This document shows positions 62,677 through 64,000 of a stretch of DNA of 64,000 nt, one piece after another (positions within the stretch are counted from its first letter, which is position 1; each line of letters begins with the position of its first letter). The notes under the pieces were generated by a model. The model saw only the letters and a program-made list of their open reading frames with translations. It searched no databases and was not told where the DNA came from. This DNA comes from Mytilus trossulus. Its lineage: Eukaryota. The stretch spans positions 71,176,001 to 71,240,000 of the forward strand of contig NC_086383.1 of assembly GCF_036588685.1 (NCBI RefSeq). The letters run 5' to 3'. The position numbers and the translations under genes are program-made.

Positions 62677-63251
62677 ATGGCAGACGCAACAGCAGCACCA
62701 GCAGTAGCACCAGCTAAATCACCAAAGAAAAAGGCAGCAGCCAAGCCAAAGAAGCCTTCCGCACATCCTAAATACAGCGAGATGATTGGAAAAGCCATCG
62801 CCGCTTTGAAAGAACGTGGAGGTTCCTCAAGGCAAGCAATTCTGAAGTACATCATGGCCAACTTCAACGTCGGAAAAGATGCCAAGTCAGTAAATGCTCA
62901 TTTAAAACTTGCACTCAGAGCCGGAGTTAAGAACAACAGTTTGAAGCAGTCCAAGGGAACTGGAGCATCCGCTCTTTCAGAATTGGAGAGGCTAAAGTGG
63001 TTAAAAAGAAGCCAGCAAAGGCAAAAAAAGCAGCCAAACCTAAGGCCGCCAAGCCTAAGAAGGCAAAGACCACACCCAAGAAAAAGAAGCCAGCAGCAAA
63101 GAAACCAGCTGGAGAGAAAAAGGCGGCCAAACCAAAAGCAAAAAAACCAGCAGCAAAGAAAGCAGCCAAGCCAAAGAAGCCAGCAGCCAAGTCACCAGCC
63201 AAAAAGAAGGCAGCCAAACCAAAAGCCAAGAAGACACCAAAGAAGAAGTAA
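62677..63251 (+). pseudogene. H1: Histone H1, copy 19, with a single 1-bp deletion frameshift (possible sequencing error)
   Basis: GCATCCGCTCT replaces GCATCCGGCTCT at ~62971, breaking GASGSF. Otherwise identical to the other copies. The shifted frame runs to 63390 (237 aa). Confidence 0.7.
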
Positions 63252-64000
63252 ACTGTTCCAGACTTCAGTCTGCAGAGGCTATTCAGCCACCAAAAGCCCT
63301 TTTAAGGGCTACCCAATTTATTCAAAAAGAATCTACAATTGTTGTACATTAGTTATCAAACTAAATCTAGCTGAGCCCTACTTTCTCTGAACTTTGCACT
63401 GGTCTCTGAAATATTTTTTTGGTCAAATTATTTCCATTGTTTGTTTTATTTCACTCCTTATGACTATACTATTTCTAACACCTAAATATGCAGCTGTTGT
63501 TTTGGATATTTTTTGTGTAGTTAGGCACCATTAAAGTTATATCAGTGTATTTTCACGCACTTGTTAGAACTGAATAAAACTTTTTCTAATCAGTTTTCGT
63601 TAGAATGACAATCTACGAAAATAGGAAGTCATGCTAGGGTTTTATTGTGCTCTTTTTTTAGGGGGAAGGGGGTCAAAATCACACAGCTAACCTTCAACCG
63701 AAAAATCATTTTTGTCATTATATGAGTTTTTCCATTTCTCTCTTCTTCTTCGTGTTCAACTTGACTGACATTTTTAGTTGGACTTTTTCTACACGTATGC
63801 AAAGTCAAAGGTTGGCTCACTATTTCATATCAACTAGTCAATGGGGAGGTAACTCTGAAATTAAACTCAGTACTTTTTTTCAGTACTATATAAATAAACT
63901 GTTAAAATGTACACAATACAAAAGATGTATAACGTATCGTCAAAATCAGATTAGTAGCAAATGAATGCAGTGACGTTTGTCTGTTATATATTTATTTTTT

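Larger units (their letters stand above)
1..64000. repeat. Tandem array of ~3,526-bp units, each with one histone H1 gene plus spacer (H1-only cluster, about 18 unit-lengths)
   Basis: The same ORF set recurs with ATG-to-ATG spacing of 3526/3527/3526/3528/3517/3517/3515 bp in 9461-34117, 3519/3511/3524/3526/3526 bp in the minus-strand block, and 3526 bp in 59151-62677. Spacers are near-identical by eye. Confidence 0.99.

Noticed and set aside
1-64000. CRISPR array, prokaryotic operon or defence system
   Set aside because: The repeats are 3.5-kb identical units with no unique spacers, and the content is a eukaryotic histone gene.

Overview
The whole 64 kb window is one eukaryotic tandem array with a ~3,526-bp unit. 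Each unit holds a single intronless linker-histone H1 gene (576 bp, 191 aa) and a ~2.95-kb AT-rich spacer. I count 19 H1 copies: 15 complete and identical at protein level, 2 truncated by the window edge or an N-gap, and 2 frameshifted, probably by consensus errors. There is no core histone gene, 5S rRNA or tRNA in the unit. From memory, the protein, the AGCCCTTTTAAGGGCT stem-loop and a spacer repeat match Mytilus (mussel) sequences. This is therefore most likely the H1-only 'orphon' cluster type already described in mussels, encoding an H1 with an H1.0/H5-like globular domain. Three 100-N scaffold gaps (6181-6280, 36034-36133, 57167-57266) split the array into four contigs, and the only orientation changes fall exactly on gaps. 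I find no new protein-coding system. The most interesting signals are finer-scale: (1) three stacked hairpins in the 3' UTR, including a vestigial canonical histone stem-loop that can mis-pair with the functional one; (2) stem-loop and poly(A) signals together; (3) a palindrome over the start codon; (4) a divergent spacer haplotype around an invariant gene block; (5) a chimeric unit that looks like a recombination or conversion junction; (6) a copy-specific 22-bp 5' UTR deletion.
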